Source of the DNA: a virus
DNA length: 12,652 nucleotides
UHGV virus genome: UHGV-0154273
Reading direction: 5' to 3' (one strand)
The translations under genes were made by a program, and so were the position numbers. Below the pieces are notes generated by a model. The model did no database searches. It saw nothing but the letters and a program-made list of their open reading frames with translations, and was not told where the DNA came from. The number at the start of each line of letters is the position of its first letter. The stretch's first letter is position 1. Positions 1 through 7,476 of the stretch are shown piece by piece.

Positions 1-72
1 TTTTTTTTCAAGCAGAAGACGGCATACGAGATCGTGATGTGACTGGAGTTCAGACGTGTGCTCTTCCGATCT
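1..72. other. Sequencing adapter contamination: poly-T (1-8) followed by Illumina P7 adapter with 6-nt index and TruSeq read-2 primer site
   Basis: Seen directly: CAAGCAGAAGACGGCATACGAGAT (9-32) + CGTGAT (33-38) + GTGACTGGAGTTCAGACGTGTGCTCTTCCGATCT (39-72), the canonical Illumina indexed adapter. Not biological sequence. Confidence 0.95.
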
Positions 73-834
73 GGAATCGGGCGGCGGCTCGTCTCTGACT
101 TTCTGGAAGCGAACCAAGATAAGTTTTCCCGCCAGACGCTGCAAAACTGGTTAACCTGCTTAGGGACGCTGTATGACTTCGCCCGGCGTAAATATGACAA
201 TATCGCCCCTGATAATCCCTTTCACGGCCACAATCTGGAAGCCCGCCAGACGAACGAAAGTTATCAACCTTTTGAACTACACCAGCTACAGGCATTAATA
301 AAAGAGGCAGGTAGCGAGATACGAGACGTAATCATAATCGGTTTGTATTCCGGTATGCGTCTCGACGAAATCGCCAGCATCAAACGAGTTGAGATTATCA
401 AAGTTGAAGGGGTACGCTGCTTCTACGTCAGCAAATCTAAAACTAAAGCGGGTGTAAGGCACGTCCCCATACACTCGCTGTTAATCAGCATCGTTGATAA
501 ATACCTTGCGCAGAACAACGGTGAATACCTGCTCCCCCAATCGAACAAGATTAAACGTGCCGACGGTAAGCGTGGCCCGTGGTACTCGCAGGCATTTACA
601 CGGCTACGCCGTCGCGTGCTGTCAGCGGCTACAGATCGCCAATGCTTCCACTCCCTGCGTGGTCACTTTATTACTTGCTTAGACAGAGCAGGAGTACCAG
701 AACAGCGCATAGGGGCAATAACCGGGCATACCGAACAAAAAGCTAAAACGGAAGCTTTCAGGACATATAGCAAGGGAGCAGGGATGAAAGAACTATGGGA
801 GTATGTGGAGTTGGTCAGTTATCCGTGTTTATAA
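73..834 (+). CDS. int: Tyrosine recombinase / phage-type integrase, 5'-truncated by the adapter junction (C-terminal ~254 aa present)
   Basis: Translation from 73 contains a core-binding-like region and a catalytic domain with conserved Arg (LYSGMRLDEI), HSLRGHF (His-x-x-Arg box) and a C-terminal GHTEQKAKTEAFRTYSKG with the candidate catalytic Tyr. The Met at 58 in the ORF track is encoded by adapter bases and is not a real start. Stop TAA at 832-834. Confidence 0.85.
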   Translation, partial: GIGRRLVSDFLEANQDKFSRQTLQNWLTCLGTLYDFARRKYDNIAPDNPFHGHNLEARQTNESYQPFELHQLQALIKEAGSEIRDVIIIGLYSGMRLDEIASIKRVEIIKVEGVRCFYVSKSKTKAGVRHVPIHSLLISIVDKYLAQNNGEYLLPQSNKIKRADGKRGPWYSQAFTRLRRRVLSAATDRQCFHSLRGHFITCLDRAGVPEQRIGAITGHTEQKAKTEAFRTYSKGAGMKELWEYVELVSYPCL

Positions 835-860
835 AAAAGGCGCTATAGCGCCTTTCTTTT
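833..860. terminator. Bidirectional intrinsic terminator between convergent integrase and 124-aa gene
   Basis: A-run (833-838), perfect palindromic hairpin GGCGCTATAGCGCC (839-852), T-rich run TTTCTTTT (853-860). Sits exactly between two convergent stop codons. Confidence 0.6.
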
Positions 861-1233
861 AAACATCAAAGATGACATCACCATGATACGCGTTAAACTG
901 CGGATTCCGCATGATGGTGATCACTTGCTGAACTACCCACTTTGCACCGATATCAAGTTCATGCTCTATAGCGCACGGTATAGCAATACCAGATTTCTGA
1001 CACTTGATAGTGAAGGAAAATCCCTCATCTTTGCCTAGAATTGTCTGCAAGTGTTGTCCAATGAAATTTGTAAAAATCACTCTCAACTCAGCTAACGTGA
1101 TTGGAGGTTTATTACGCGGATCATTAAGTCTATCAACAGCAAAATGAAATGACATCTTTAGCTTGGCTCTATCTTCTTCCAAGATATCGTTAATATCTGC
1201 AACTAAATCATCAATCTGCTGTTGAGTTATCAT
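859..1233 (-). CDS. Hypothetical protein, 124 aa; downstream gene of an AT-rich two-gene cassette (possible toxin/effector)
   Basis: ORF with ATGA start/stop overlap with the upstream 69-aa gene. Sampled 60-bp blocks are ~37-42% GC, lower than the rest of the element. No recognisable catalytic motif by eye. Confidence 0.55.
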   Translation of the reverse strand: MITQQQIDDLVADINDILEEDRAKLKMSFHFAVDRLNDPRNKPPITLAELRVIFTNFIGQHLQTILGKDEGFSFTIKCQKSGIAIPCAIEHELDIGAKWVVQQVITIMRNPQFNAYHGDVIFDV

Positions 1234-1439
1234 ATGTGTGCAGCCGTGATCTCAGCTAATTTCTTGTTCAACTCTTCATCGTTTGAAGCTGTGATGGTGC
1301 CTACAAATTCAGTGCGTGATAAAGTACCAGCACGCACATCGAATTCGTAGTTGTCAAACGAATCAACGACGACAAACGCCTTGGTTGCTGGGTTAAAAAA
1401 CGATGCACAATTTTGGTTTGTACGCATATCAAAGTTCAT
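1230..1439 (-). CDS. Hypothetical protein, 69 aa; upstream gene of the AT-rich two-gene cassette (possible antitoxin/partner)
   Basis: Strong SD (AGGAGGA) 4-5 nt before ATG at 1439. 4-bp overlap (ATGA) with the 124-aa gene indicates translational coupling. Confidence 0.6.
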   Translation of the reverse strand: MNFDMRTNQNCASFFNPATKAFVVVDSFDNYEFDVRAGTLSRTEFVGTITASNDEELNKKLAEITAAHI

Positions 1440-1536
1440 ATTATCCTCCTACCCCTTCAAGGGAGATGTAGGAACGAAGTATTCTCAAGTTGAAGCTCAG
1501 TTTGGAGACATATTAGGAAACTGTTTTATGCTCAGC

Positions 1537-1555
1537 CTACGCAATCTACGTCAAT
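1537..1555. promoter_or_regulatory. Tandem imperfect direct repeat CTACG(T)CAAT x2 in the upstream region of the 69/124-aa cassette; candidate operator
   Basis: ctacgcaat (1537-1545) followed by ctacgtcaat (1546-1555), ~100 bp upstream of the cassette start codon on the coding (minus) strand side. Confidence 0.25.
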
Positions 1556-1640
1556 CCGTCAAGAATTGTTTTAAATATAGGCAAGTAACAAGGCAGCCAC
1601 AACAACACATAACCGAATGAAAATAAAAGAAATAATCTCA

Positions 1641-2078
1641 TCACGCATGTTGTCTTGGATAAATAACGCCCAACCCCTTGTATTGTCGGCGGTAGGCAGG
1701 TAGCATGCTTAACATGCTACCTCGTGAGAGTCCGCACAAATTTCCCACATAATAACCACCTTCCGCTGCATTGGCCGAACGATGAACCACAGCGCGCACA
1801 CGTCCAGTTCGGTGACAGTGATCCAATACAGCAGACGCGAGGCGTAGCGGCTTAGCTGTCACCGCGCAGCGTCGGTATTGATAATTCCACAGGAAGACAC
1901 GGACAGCGGCCACATCAGCGCGGCGCAACTCCAGCCGTCCTGAACCATTCAACAGGAAGTGATACACATCATCGAACGCAGCAGAATTTTTAATGCGTTC
2001 CGCTAGCGGCATGTTGCCGAGATATTCCAGATAGCCTCGCATCGCTTTTCTTAGTAGTTGGTCTGTCCGTGTAACCAT
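1641..2078 (-). CDS. Hypothetical protein, 145 aa (last gene of long minus-strand operon)
   Basis: ATG at 2078 preceded by GGAGG SD at 8 nt spacing. Stop TGA 1641-1643. No recognisable domain. Confidence 0.6.
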   Translation of the reverse strand: MVTRTDQLLRKAMRGYLEYLGNMPLAERIKNSAAFDDVYHFLLNGSGRLELRRADVAAVRVFLWNYQYRRCAVTAKPLRLASAVLDHCHRTGRVRAVVHRSANAAEGGYYVGNLCGLSRGSMLSMLPAYRRQYKGLGVIYPRQHA

Positions 2079-2350
2079 GATTCAAAGCCTCCACTGTCAG
2101 ATGCAGCCCGTTTGCAGGCTTCGTATTCTTCGCGCTGGCGTTGGCATACCAGAGCATAAAGCTCGGCGGCCATCGCATTAACACGTTCGTCACTGATACC
2201 ATTGCGGCGCATCAGCCCCAGCAGCTTACGAAATTTAGCTTCAAGCTCAGGCTCTCCGGTATCCATTACCCACTGTTTCAGGTCAGCGAGTGCGCCAGTC
2301 ATTGGTGGCGGCTCGATGTACCGCCACCTTAATTTAATCGTGGTTATCAT
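2051..2350 (-). CDS. Hypothetical protein, ~99 aa (start refined relative to ORF track)
   Basis: ORF track start at 2398 is a TTG. In-frame ATG at 2350-2348 is preceded by AGAGGA SD at ~9 nt and gives MITTIKLRW... Overlaps the upstream gene stop by 17 nt and the downstream gene start by 28 nt. Confidence 0.5.
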   Translation of the reverse strand: MITTIKLRWRYIEPPPMTGALADLKQWVMDTGEPELEAKFRKLLGLMRRNGISDERVNAMAAELYALVCQRQREEYEACKRAASDSGGFESWLHGQTNY

Positions 2351-2759
2351 TTTCTTTATCCTCTCTGTAAGCCGGGTGCATTGCCCGGTATTGCTCAATG
2401 GTCAAACCCTCGCTGGCCGCTGCAAACCGTTCCTTTTGCTTACCCGCCAATCGCAAGGCGCTGTCTCTCCAGCAGAGCAGAAAGAAGATGGTCAGCACCT
2501 GCTTACTCAAGCCATCCAGAAGATCACCAAGCCCTTGCTCCAGAAGACAGGCACGCCATGCAGCGGCGTGCTCAGTCATAGCACCTACTATCGGGACAGG
2601 TGCTCCGAGCATTGTCGCAAGCTGACTCATAACACTGTTAGCATCGCCCGGATGCAGCCGTGGAATAGTCATGCGGCCAGCCTGCGCCAACAGTTCAGCG
2701 TACCGCTGGCGGCGCGGGTCATCATCTGCCAGCGCTCTAATCGGCTTTTCATCAGCCAT
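2334..2759 (-). CDS. Hypothetical protein, 141 aa (speculatively a small-terminase-like packaging factor given its HNH neighbour)
   Basis: ATG at 2759 with GGAGG SD 9 nt upstream. Lies immediately downstream of the HNH endonuclease gene. Function not recognisable from sequence. Confidence 0.55.
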   Translation of the reverse strand: MADEKPIRALADDDPRRQRYAELLAQAGRMTIPRLHPGDANSVMSQLATMLGAPVPIVGAMTEHAAAWRACLLEQGLGDLLDGLSKQVLTIFFLLCWRDSALRLAGKQKERFAAASEGLTIEQYRAMHPAYREDKENDNHD

Positions 2760-2777
2760 TAATGGAACCTCCGAGGA

Positions 2778-3305
2778 TTAGGCAGCCTGCAATAAATCGG
2801 CTGGCGTTGACGGATGGTATCTGGCTTTAGCTTTCAGGTACGCAGCACGCGCCGCCGCTTCGGTAGTGAATAAGCCGAGGTGATGGCGAACACCACCAAC
2901 GCGAATGTAAGCCTCCCATCTGCCAGAGCAGGCATGGTGGCTATAACCCTTGGCTTTGCGGTAATTGTGCTGGTTCTCTTGTGGCGTAACCGTGCGGAGA
3001 TTGATAAGGCGGTTGTCATCGCGTACCGCGTTGATATGGTCGATTTGCATCCCGGCAGGGATACCGTCATTAGCAATGATGAAGGCGACACGGTGGGCGT
3101 ATAGCGCATGAGATTTGCCATTGATGCGGACAGATACGCGCCTATATCCGGCGCTGTCCGTTACCGTGTCGGCCAGTTCCCCGGCTTTAGCGTAAATCCG
3201 CTTGTTGGCTCCGATCCGGTCTACTGCATGGAACAGGCGGCCAGTCTTCGCATCGTACCGAAACAAAGAGCGCAACAGCTCCGGGGCATAAGCATCAATA
3301 TTCAT
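2778..3305 (-). CDS. HNH endonuclease with C-terminal AP2-like DNA-binding domain (phage homing/packaging-associated type)
   Basis: HNH_3-type motif HRVAFIIANDGIPAGMQIDHINAVRDDNRLINLRTVTPQENQHN (His, Asn and His spacing typical of HNH). C-terminal GYSHHACSGRWEAYIRVGGVRHHLGLFTTEAAARAAY resembles the AP2 domain commonly fused to phage HNH nucleases. Confidence 0.85.
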   Translation of the reverse strand: MNIDAYAPELLRSLFRYDAKTGRLFHAVDRIGANKRIYAKAGELADTVTDSAGYRRVSVRINGKSHALYAHRVAFIIANDGIPAGMQIDHINAVRDDNRLINLRTVTPQENQHNYRKAKGYSHHACSGRWEAYIRVGGVRHHLGLFTTEAAARAAYLKAKARYHPSTPADLLQAA

Positions 3306-3321
3306 GGCTCGGCCCCTTTTG

Positions 3322-4317
3322 TTATGCAGCTTGTCGGAAATTTATAACGCAGTCAGGGCGGCGCAGCCCAACATTGAACAGGCGATATGAGTCCATCACC
3401 ATTGTCATTTCGCGTTCATCATCCCACTGGCGATTGATAACGCTCTGCGCTTCGACTGTCACAAGTACAGACGCAGGCCGGAACAGCGTCGCCCGTGTCA
3501 GCGCTTCCCCTGCGGTCACATCATAATCAGCGCCCAGTTCATGCGCGGTAATGGCTTCCTGCGGGTAACTGTTCAGCTCAATAACTCGCACCCCAGCGAC
3601 ATAGCCAACGCGACGCCATGCGTAATCATTGCCACTATCCCGGCTGTAACGGACGTTCATCAACTTCTTATGTTCCATCAGGATGCTGAACCAAGCTGGG
3701 TCGATGAGAAGGCACAGCTCCGCCACCGGAATATCTTTTTCAGTTAGGAATCGATTAACAGCAGCTTTAATAGCGTGAACCAGTTCGTTAGCCGCATCCT
3801 CTTCGCTCCCCGTTGTCAGGTCGAGCGAGACAACATTATCCGTCAGCGGGTTAAACGTTGGTTGCAACGTAGGCGGCGGTACAAAGTCAGTCGCTTTGAT
3901 TAGCTGGATAGTGTGCGCTTCGTCGTAGAACTTTGCATGGGCTGTCCCCATGTTGCGGCTCAGCTCTGCGCGAAAGGTGGGCGCTGTCCAGTCGTCTTGA
4001 TAGTCAATCGGGATGCGGATATAGCTCAGCGTATCCACAGAGATAATCAGCTTGTCCGACTTAACGGCGGTAGGCTCCAGCGATTGCCCTGCGGTTCTGC
4101 CCTTCACCTCCAGATCTCCGCTCAGGCGGTCTACACGATACTGATTACTGTTTTTCAGCGGCTTGTATGTGCTCAGCCCCTCGGCGAGAAACACGCTCTT
4201 TGCCTCAAGGCGGGTCTGAACGTCCCGGTCATACGCTTCAATGTGAATGTCGTTGTCAGCATCTACACCGCCCCAGTGCGGGCGGAATTGGTCAGGGGTA
4301 TAAACATTGTCAGTCAT
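3322..4317 (-). CDS. Conserved-looking 331-aa protein of unknown function; possibly structural (capsid-like), unverified
   Basis: Long clean ORF with GGGAG SD 8 nt upstream of ATG at 4317. No nucleotide-binding or nuclease motif seen. Sits between a Q/N-rich scaffold-like protein and the HNH endonuclease, a context typical of head/packaging modules. Product assignment is inference only. Confidence 0.7.
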   Translation of the reverse strand: MTDNVYTPDQFRPHWGGVDADNDIHIEAYDRDVQTRLEAKSVFLAEGLSTYKPLKNSNQYRVDRLSGDLEVKGRTAGQSLEPTAVKSDKLIISVDTLSYIRIPIDYQDDWTAPTFRAELSRNMGTAHAKFYDEAHTIQLIKATDFVPPPTLQPTFNPLTDNVVSLDLTTGSEEDAANELVHAIKAAVNRFLTEKDIPVAELCLLIDPAWFSILMEHKKLMNVRYSRDSGNDYAWRRVGYVAGVRVIELNSYPQEAITAHELGADYDVTAGEALTRATLFRPASVLVTVEAQSVINRQWDDEREMTMVMDSYRLFNVGLRRPDCVINFRQAA

Positions 4318-4385
4318 AGAAATAGCTCCCGCGCCAGCGTTAGCCAGCGCGATTTATGGAAAAGGGGAAAAGAGAATGGGATGAA

Positions 4386-4733
4386 TCAGGCAGCAGCTTT
4401 TTCAGCCGCGATCTCAAGAATCAGGCCGATAAGCGCGAAGGCAGGCCAATGGGGATTAAGCTCGTGCAGGTGCGCAACGCCCCCACCAAAAGCATCGCGC
4501 ATATCAGCACCAGAGATGCCCGCGCGTTTGGCCGCCCGGCGCAGCAATCGCAGCTCGGAGCCGGGAACATACGCCGAGGGCATACGCACGCCGAAGCGTG
4601 AGGCGAGCCGCCGCCAGTGCGCTTCGTCAGCAAAGTCCTGCTTAAGCTGGCTGGCGTTGGCTTTCCAGTGTTCAATCCTCGCGCTACGGGCAGCCCTAGC
4701 CGCTGCCACGTTTTCAGGTGTCAGTAAGGTCAT
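4386..4733 (-). CDS. Hypothetical protein, 115 aa, Arg/Ala-rich with hydrophobic C-terminus
   Basis: ORF in operon orientation. Weak SD. C-terminal WPAFALIGLILEIAAEKAAA could be a membrane or amphipathic segment. Confidence 0.5.
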   Translation of the reverse strand: MTLLTPENVAAARAARSARIEHWKANASQLKQDFADEAHWRRLASRFGVRMPSAYVPGSELRLLRRAAKRAGISGADMRDAFGGGVAHLHELNPHWPAFALIGLILEIAAEKAAA

Positions 4734-4812
4734 TGTCAGATCTCAATGCAAAGTGGGTTTATGTGTGGTGTTTGAGAGGTAATTTCGCGTTTTACAGGTG
4801 CAGGTATACGAA

Positions 4813-4832
4813 TGTACATCTGGCGATGTACA
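4813..4832. promoter_or_regulatory. Inverted repeat TGTACAT-N6-ATGTACA in intergenic gap between the 228-aa and 115-aa genes
   Basis: Perfect 7-bp arms (4813-4819 and 4826-4832) with a 6-nt spacer. No U-run follows on the coding strand, so a binding site or attenuator-like hairpin is more likely than a terminator. Confidence 0.3.
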
Positions 4833-4892
4833 ACGCGATTCAGGCTCTAAAACGTAAGGTTAAGACGTGGGGAAGACAGGACAGGCGATTGC

Positions 4893-5579
4893 TTAACGGC
4901 CAGCGCGTTTGCCAGCGGAGCGCTGCGCAACCAGAGCGCGGTATTGATCGTCGTACTGGCGATGGCCGGGGCCATACCCTGATTGCTGCGCCCACTGCGA
5001 AAGCTGATCATACGCTGCAATAAACTCAGCATGAGACATACCAACAGGTTGCGAGGCAGGCTGGCCGTATGGGTTCCCCTGTGATGGGACATAACCAGTC
5101 GCAGTGCCTGCGACCATACGCTCTTGCAGATAATGAACCGCCCGCTGCATCTGCGCAGGGTCGCCAGACATAACCATCCGTTCAAGGGTTGATTGCGTCC
5201 CGGCGTCGAGCGTGCCAGCGTACTGCAACATCGCGTCAACTGTCCCCTGCCCTAGCTGGCTTTCGACAGACTGGTGAAACTGCCCCATCAGCCCATGAAG
5301 TTCAGGAGTCAACTCAACAGTAGTGCCATCCTGTAATTGCAGCGTGTCGCCCACTTGCGCAGCAACATCAATCTGCTGGTCTTGCTGGTTGGCAAAGTTA
5401 CTTTCGTTCCAGCTTTGATTAATGTTCGCTGGCTGCGTTTTCAGGAAATCAGCATCAGGTGTTGTCTGGTCGAATCTGCTAGCGCCGTTGTCAGCGCCTA
5501 CAGGTGCGGCCATGTACGGCGATTGCTGCGGCGCAGTATCAGCGCCCGAAAGGTACGGATTAACATTCTGGTCAGCCAT
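4893..5579 (-). CDS. Q/N/G-rich low-complexity acidic protein, 228 aa (scaffold-, decoration- or mimic-like; function unknown)
   Basis: ATG at 5579 with AAGAGG SD ~10 nt upstream. Composition strongly biased to Gln, Asn, Gly, Asp and Thr, with predicted disorder. Immediately follows the stop of the upstream HTH gene. Confidence 0.65.
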   Translation of the reverse strand: MADQNVNPYLSGADTAPQQSPYMAAPVGADNGASRFDQTTPDADFLKTQPANINQSWNESNFANQQDQQIDVAAQVGDTLQLQDGTTVELTPELHGLMGQFHQSVESQLGQGTVDAMLQYAGTLDAGTQSTLERMVMSGDPAQMQRAVHYLQERMVAGTATGYVPSQGNPYGQPASQPVGMSHAEFIAAYDQLSQWAQQSGYGPGHRQYDDQYRALVAQRSAGKRAGR

Positions 5580-5581
5580 GA

Positions 5582-5821
5582 TTATGCAACCTCTTGTGAT
5601 GTAACTCGGCGATGTGCCAGTTCAAGTAAAAGCATGTGCGCGTGTACGCATCGGGCAGGAATCATCTTCTGTCCGTGGTACGCTTTGCCGAGATCTTGTC
5701 TGTCGATCTGGTACACATGAGCCAAATCGATTTGACGAAGATTCAAGGCTTCGGCAATGAATTTCAGTTGTTGCCCGCAATCAGCCGCGCGGCGTGGCTC
5801 CATTAAAATAATGGTGCTCAT
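5582..5821 (-). CDS. Putative small HTH (XRE/Cro-like) DNA-binding protein, ~79 aa (start refined)
   Basis: ORF track start at 5863 is a TTG. ATG at 5821 has GAGGA SD at 7-8 nt. Segment LKFIAEALNLRQIDLAHVYQIDRQDLGKAYHG has a helix-turn-helix-like pattern. Confidence 0.5.
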   Translation of the reverse strand: MSTIILMEPRRAADCGQQLKFIAEALNLRQIDLAHVYQIDRQDLGKAYHGQKMIPARCVHAHMLLLELAHRRVTSQEVA

Positions 5822-5835
5822 GAAATAATCCTCAG

Positions 5836-6069
5836 TTAGATAAGGCCATGACGACGCAACCAACGTCGCTCGCCAACGGAGCCACGCGGTCGCTGCCTTG
5901 GATTCTGGTTTGGTGCTTGGCCGGGATCAGTTCGCCCTTCCCCGGACAGGTTCTGTGTCAGCACATCCCAGCCGCGTGATTCAAACGGGGCGTATCCCTC
6001 GCGCTGTTCGTCAAGGTTCACATAGAGATCAGGGTTAACGGCAGGGTGCAGCGGTTCGTTCTCTGCCAT
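5836..6069 (-). CDS. Hypothetical protein, ~77 aa
   Basis: ATG at 6069 overlaps the upstream stop (TGATG). The track's extra N-terminal Met comes from a GTG at 6072. Confidence 0.45.
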   Translation of the reverse strand: MAENEPLHPAVNPDLYVNLDEQREGYAPFESRGWDVLTQNLSGEGRTDPGQAPNQNPRQRPRGSVGERRWLRRHGLI

Positions 6070-6632
6070 CACTTAGCCCCGAATCGCGTGTTAACGTCTT
6101 CCAAAATATCTGGATAAGACCACTTGCTACGCATCAGGCGCAGGACATGAGCAACAGCCTCAGCAGAGATCCCAAGCTCCCCAGCGATCTCGGTTTGTTT
6201 CCAGCCGAAGCGCTCCAGCTTGTGCATCTGATCGAGGTCGGCGCTCAACAGGCGGCGCATCGTCTGCGGTTTCTCAGGCTTTGCTTTAACTGCTTTCGGC
6301 ATCGGGTGGGTGTGGGCGTTGCTAAAGCGGGAATGGACGATAGCCAGCACAGTTTCAGGCCGAATTAGAAAATCGCGTGCAATGGCATGTGCAGTGTCCC
6401 AGTGGCCGCGCCCCGGTTTCCAGCGCTTACGGATGGCGTTGTATTCCTCCAGCGTAATAGCGGCTTCATCCCTCCACTGGTTGGCAAGGTCGGCTACATA
6501 AACGCCGCGCAGCACCGCGTCAACGTCCTCCGGGTCAAATCCGGTTGCAGCGACTACCTCTTCCACATTGCGAAGGTCGCGCTTAACGAGGGTATTGATG
6601 CGCTGGATATCGGTCAGGCTCAGAACTGTCAT
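6069..6632 (-). CDS. HTH-domain protein, 187 aa (C-terminal sigma-70 region-4/LuxR-like helix-turn-helix; regulator or small-terminase-like)
   Basis: C-terminal DLDQMHKLERFGWKQTEIAGELGISAEAVAHVLRLMR matches an HTH pattern. ATG at 6632 overlaps the stop of the upstream small ORF (ATGA). Confidence 0.6.
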   Translation of the reverse strand: MTVLSLTDIQRINTLVKRDLRNVEEVVAATGFDPEDVDAVLRGVYVADLANQWRDEAAITLEEYNAIRKRWKPGRGHWDTAHAIARDFLIRPETVLAIVHSRFSNAHTHPMPKAVKAKPEKPQTMRRLLSADLDQMHKLERFGWKQTEIAGELGISAEAVAHVLRLMRSKWSYPDILEDVNTRFGAK

Positions 6633-6805
6633 AAGGTAAAGTCTCCATCGAAATTGATTTGATCTTCAATCAGCGTGCGAATGAGTAGCAGGCTGGAAGC
6701 GGTGTGTGTTCCCGTCTTGCGGGCGCTTTCATACATGGCTCGTGCTGCGCTCTGATAGTTCGGCGGCAGGGTTGCAAACCATGCTCTAAACTCTGCGGGT
6801 GTCAT
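6629..6805 (-). CDS. Small ORF, 58 aa, not in the supplied ORF track (below its length cutoff)
   Basis: Translated by hand: MTPAEFRAWFATLPPNYQSAARAMYESARKTGTHTASSLLLIRTLIEDQINFDGDFTL. Its ATG (6805-6803) overlaps the TGA of the upstream 68-aa gene and its TGA overlaps the ATG of the 187-aa gene, fitting the coupled operon pattern. Confidence 0.4.
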   Translation of the reverse strand: MTPAEFRAWFATLPPNYQSAARAMYESARKTGTHTASSLLLIRTLIEDQINFDGDFTL

Positions 6806-7008
6806 TGCTCGTCATCCTCAAATACACGGTTAAATGACGTGTCCGGCGCTTCTACGGCATTGGCCTTAAGGAAGTTGACCGCACTGGATAACTCCGCTGC
6901 GGCCATGCGCGACTCACCAGCCTTGTCTTCCTCAAGGCGGCGGATTAGCGCCCCAAGAAGCAAGCCTTTCATTCGCCACGTTTCATTTTCAAACTCGGTT
7001 TTAGTCAT
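6802..7008 (-). CDS. Hypothetical protein, 68 aa
   Basis: ATG at 7008 lies within ATGACTAA, which also contains the stop of the upstream 145-aa gene. Confidence 0.5.
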   Translation of the reverse strand: MTKTEFENETWRMKGLLLGALIRRLEEDKAGESRMAAAELSSAVNFLKANAVEAPDTSFNRVFEDDEQ

Positions 7009-7438
7009 GCGGATTAACTCCTGTCAGCCCCATTACGCGCAGGTACTGGATTACTTCGGCGTGTACTGGTTTTGGTAAAAAGAGGCGACGCTGCACAGAT
7101 TGAAATATCTCGTCGCGCGTCTTGTTGGCAGGGTGAACAGTCCCATTAAAGACCTCACGAGCCATGCGATAGGTCGGCCAAAGACGAGCGCCATCCTCCC
7201 GGCGTCGGAATCTATTCAGCACAGCGGCCAGACATTCCCAAGGCTCACAGTGATTGAGCAGGCAATACCGCTGTAGCGGCGTACCAGCTTGGCGCAAGAT
7301 GGCCGCACGATTAAGAGTCTGGCGGTGGCGCTCAGCTAACCCATCGAAGGAATATCCGTTCAGGGCGAAGGCAAGTTGTGCGGTGACGAGCGCATCCGCA
7401 CGCGTAGCACGACGCTGCGCATGTTCGGTAACAGGCAT
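7001..7438 (-). CDS. Hypothetical protein, 145 aa
   Basis: ATG at 7438 with TGGAG SD ~8 nt upstream. Follows the helicase stop after a 38-nt gap. Confidence 0.6.
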   Translation of the reverse strand: MPVTEHAQRRATRADALVTAQLAFALNGYSFDGLAERHRQTLNRAAILRQAGTPLQRYCLLNHCEPWECLAAVLNRFRRREDGARLWPTYRMAREVFNGTVHPANKTRDEIFQSVQRRLFLPKPVHAEVIQYLRVMGLTGVNPHD

Positions 7439-7476
7439 ATGGATTAACTCCAGAGAATGAGGGGGAGCCTTTCGAC

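Noticed and set aside
58-72. ATG/GTG start of the integrase ORF at position 58 given by the ORF track
   Set aside because: These codons (GTG CTC TTC CGA TCT) are the 3' end of the Illumina adapter; the real integrase start lies upstream in sequence that is not present.
2202-2762. Plus-strand 186-aa ORF, and similar plus-strand ORFs at 3913-4782, 494-682, 6704-7078 and 8809-9309
   Set aside because: They lie antisense to minus-strand genes that have good SD sequences and protein-like composition, and their translations are Ser/Cys/Arg-rich and low-complexity; judged to be shadow ORFs.
3322-4317. Specific homology of the 331-aa protein to P22-type coat protein
   Set aside because: Only a short motif resemblance recalled from memory (ELxRxMGT); size differs and I cannot verify it without a search, so the product stays at 'unknown, possibly structural'.
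5836-5863. Longer N-terminus of the XRE-like gene (track start 5863) overlapping the upstream gene by 28 nt
   Set aside because: The 5863 start is TTG without an SD, whereas ATG at 5821 has a well-spaced GAGGA and removes the overlap.
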